NCBI GenBank assembly: GCA_043228905.1
Contig: JBHGNT010000012.1
Coordinates: 16,554,001-16,618,000 of the forward strand
From: Azolla caroliniana
Taxonomy: Eukaryota > Plantae > Polypodiophyta
Direction: 5' to 3'
DNA: 64,000 nucleotides
Made by a program: the position numbers and the translations under genes. The notes beneath the pieces were generated by a model, which worked only from the letters and a program-made list of their open reading frames with translations, was not told where the DNA came from and searched no databases. Positions 62,212-64,000 of the stretch are shown here, piece after piece; the stretch's first letter is position 1; each line of letters starts with the position of its first letter.

Positions 62212-64000
62212 TTAAGACATGTCTGATGGACTAGAAGAGCATTCTGACGTCTCATCCTCATCATCAGTGGCAATCAAAGCATTATCCTCATCCAATTCCA
62301 ACCCAACATCTTTGTGGTTATGAGAATTGCTTCTGGTTATTCTCTGTATTTCGTTTGACACCATGTTTGGGATTTTCTCCTTTATTATCTTGATAGTTGC
62401 TTGTCTTAGATGACCTGATTTTGTCAATGAGAAGTCATATACTAGTATGTCAACACGGTCTAGTGCGAGAGTAGCCGTGCTCGGTATATTCTTTCTTCTT
62501 CTCTTTCTGCTTGAACATCCGACATCCTTAACCATCTCTAAAGAATACTTTCCTGTAAATGCATCAGTTGAATTTGTCTGATACCAGTGGACTACTATTG
62601 ACTTTGTCTGACTACTTTCTTCATCCCTTACTAATTCAATAATTTTTGCAATCCAAAATGGATGGCCCAAGGTATCGTCCCCTGCTAATGTTGCAACCAA
62701 CATTCCCACTTGTAGTTCTTGCAAATTACCTTGCCATCTTGCCTCAACAGTACGTGACTTTCTTGGTCCCACATAAATATCTCTTTGCAGTGGCCGAACT
62801 AAATCATGAAGCTCCATATTATTCGATTGTTGGTGATGAGTCTGCGATATCGTTGATGTCATCCCAATGTTCCATGTGAATGGGATACGGATTGGCCATA
62901 AACCGGCGATGTAATTATCTAAAATGGTGTGTTGATGGGTGAAGAAAATCTCCCACCATTCAACATCCTCATCACCGGCATACTTCTTAGTCCGATCAAT
63001 ATTATTTTGTTTCTCTGCTAGACATCTCAACCAATATGCCCTTTGTTCATCAATAGTACTATTTGGTGCTACATTTTTACGATCATCATATGGCATTTGT
63101 TGTGCACCATGTAGAGGTTCATCTGGGATATGAAGAAGGAGCCTACAACCTTCTTGGGGCTCCCATTGTGCACTAGATGAGTATTGTTTCGCAAACAACA
63201 CCGTCATCTTGAGGTGGGCCAATCTTTGTTTTATGAGGAAGACATGGTTGAAACTTATATTATTAAGAGGTGCAAGCACCCTACCTTTAGTCCCGTCACT
63301 ATCCATGCAGAAATGTTTAAAGTCGTATACTTCTTCCAAGTGTTGTACTTCAGGCTTTGGTGTATATGCTTCACTAATCAATTTGGATAGCGTGGGAAGT
63401 GTGAAAGCATTACAGTGAGCAAGTTTCTTTGAGAACCTACTGAACATTTGATCTATGTGATCATGGGTATGACCAACCAACAAGAAGTTAACCTTTATCT
63501 TTTTAAATATGCCCCTCTCTACTAGCATGCTTAGATAGCCGAAGACAGTTGAGTTCTTATTCTCTCTTGCTGTGTTGTCTAGTTGCACATATAGAATTGG
63601 CAGGAGTATACCTGACCATGATTGCAATACCCTGTGCATGACAGTGACAGTAAGATTAGGGTCGTTGTGGATATTGGGATAAGTTAAGAACACTTGCAGT
63701 CTTATAGTTTGACAATATGTCAAACAACCCACTAGATGCATTTGCACAAGACACTCATCTCCAATATCCTTGGGGAGTCTTTGAAAATGCGGCAAACAAG
63801 TTTTCTTTTGATCCATGCCGTCAATAATCATGCACATATACTTTTCGGGAGATTGAAACGCTTTTTGTCGGTGATGCATAGCCTTAGTACGTTCCAATGC
63901 CTGACTTTCACGATGTTCTTTTAACAGGTTCTTGTAATTCTTGATCTCTACATCTGATTTTCCACCATTGGCCATACTTTTTAAACTCGCACATATTGAG
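62212..64000 (-). CDS. Sola-like (DUF7869-type) DDD transposase; uninterrupted, N-terminus beyond the window
   Basis: 587-aa ORF whose frame stays open to the window edge (..SICASLK, possible CxxC). Motifs IIDGMDQ, VQLDNTARENKN and FLLVGHTHDHIDQMFS. Superfamily assignment is from recalled motifs. Confidence 0.75.
   Translation of the reverse strand, partial: SICASLKSMANGGKSDVEIKNYKNLLKEHRESQALERTKAMHHRQKAFQSPEKYMCMIIDGMDQKKTCLPHFQRLPKDIGDECLVQMHLVGCLTYCQTIRLQVFLTYPNIHNDPNLTVTVMHRVLQSWSGILLPILYVQLDNTARENKNSTVFGYLSMLVERGIFKKIKVNFLLVGHTHDHIDQMFSRFSKKLAHCNAFTLPTLSKLISEAYTPKPEVQHLEEVYDFKHFCMDSDGTKGRVLAPLNNISFNHVFLIKQRLAHLKMTVLFAKQYSSSAQWEPQEGCRLLLHIPDEPLHGAQQMPYDDRKNVAPNSTIDEQRAYWLRCLAEKQNNIDRTKKYAGDEDVEWWEIFFTHQHTILDNYIAGLWPIRIPFTWNIGMTSTISQTHHQQSNNMELHDLVRPLQRDIYVGPRKSRTVEARWQGNLQELQVGMLVATLAGDDTLGHPFWIAKIIELVRDEESSQTKSIVVHWYQTNSTDAFTGKYSLEMVKDVGCSSRKRRRKNIPSTATLALDRVDILVYDFSLTKSGHLRQATIKIIKEKIPNMVSNEIQRITRSNSHNHKDVGLELDEDNALIATDDEDETSECSSSPSDMS

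Overview
Plant nuclear DNA, repeat-rich and most consistent with a fern (inferred from the PLS-class PPR motifs and the retroelement lineages; the sequence alone cannot prove this). About 80% of the window is transposon-derived. Bases 1-6.5 kb are a stack of three nested Copia remnants. Bases 7,980-36,657 are one decayed chromoviral Gypsy element (TSD CCCCA) expanded by nested insertions. These include an apparently intact, very recent chromovirus (15,836-21,629) with a self-complementary primer site and a predicted -1 frameshift signal, and a pol-less, tRNA-Trp-primed LTR family with a 4-bp TSD. The main result appears when the retroelements are removed at their TSDs: the pieces rejoin into one spliced, now pseudogenised gene (7,072-40,050). 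It encodes a ParB-like domain fused to a prokaryote-type beta-class DNA amino-methyltransferase (N4-C/N6-A), and its first intron holds an array of palindromes. The sequence 3' of this gene is an inverted copy of the sequence 3' of an uninterrupted Sola-like (DUF7869-type) transposase ORF at the window end, which suggests a DNA transposon family carrying its own methyltransferase. Several unrelated LTR families also carry tRNA-like A/B-box modules, antisense to the LTR wherever its orientation is known. Ordinary host genes are a 1004-aa PPR gene and a six-exon conserved plant gene. All alignments were done by eye and coordinates may be off by a few bases.
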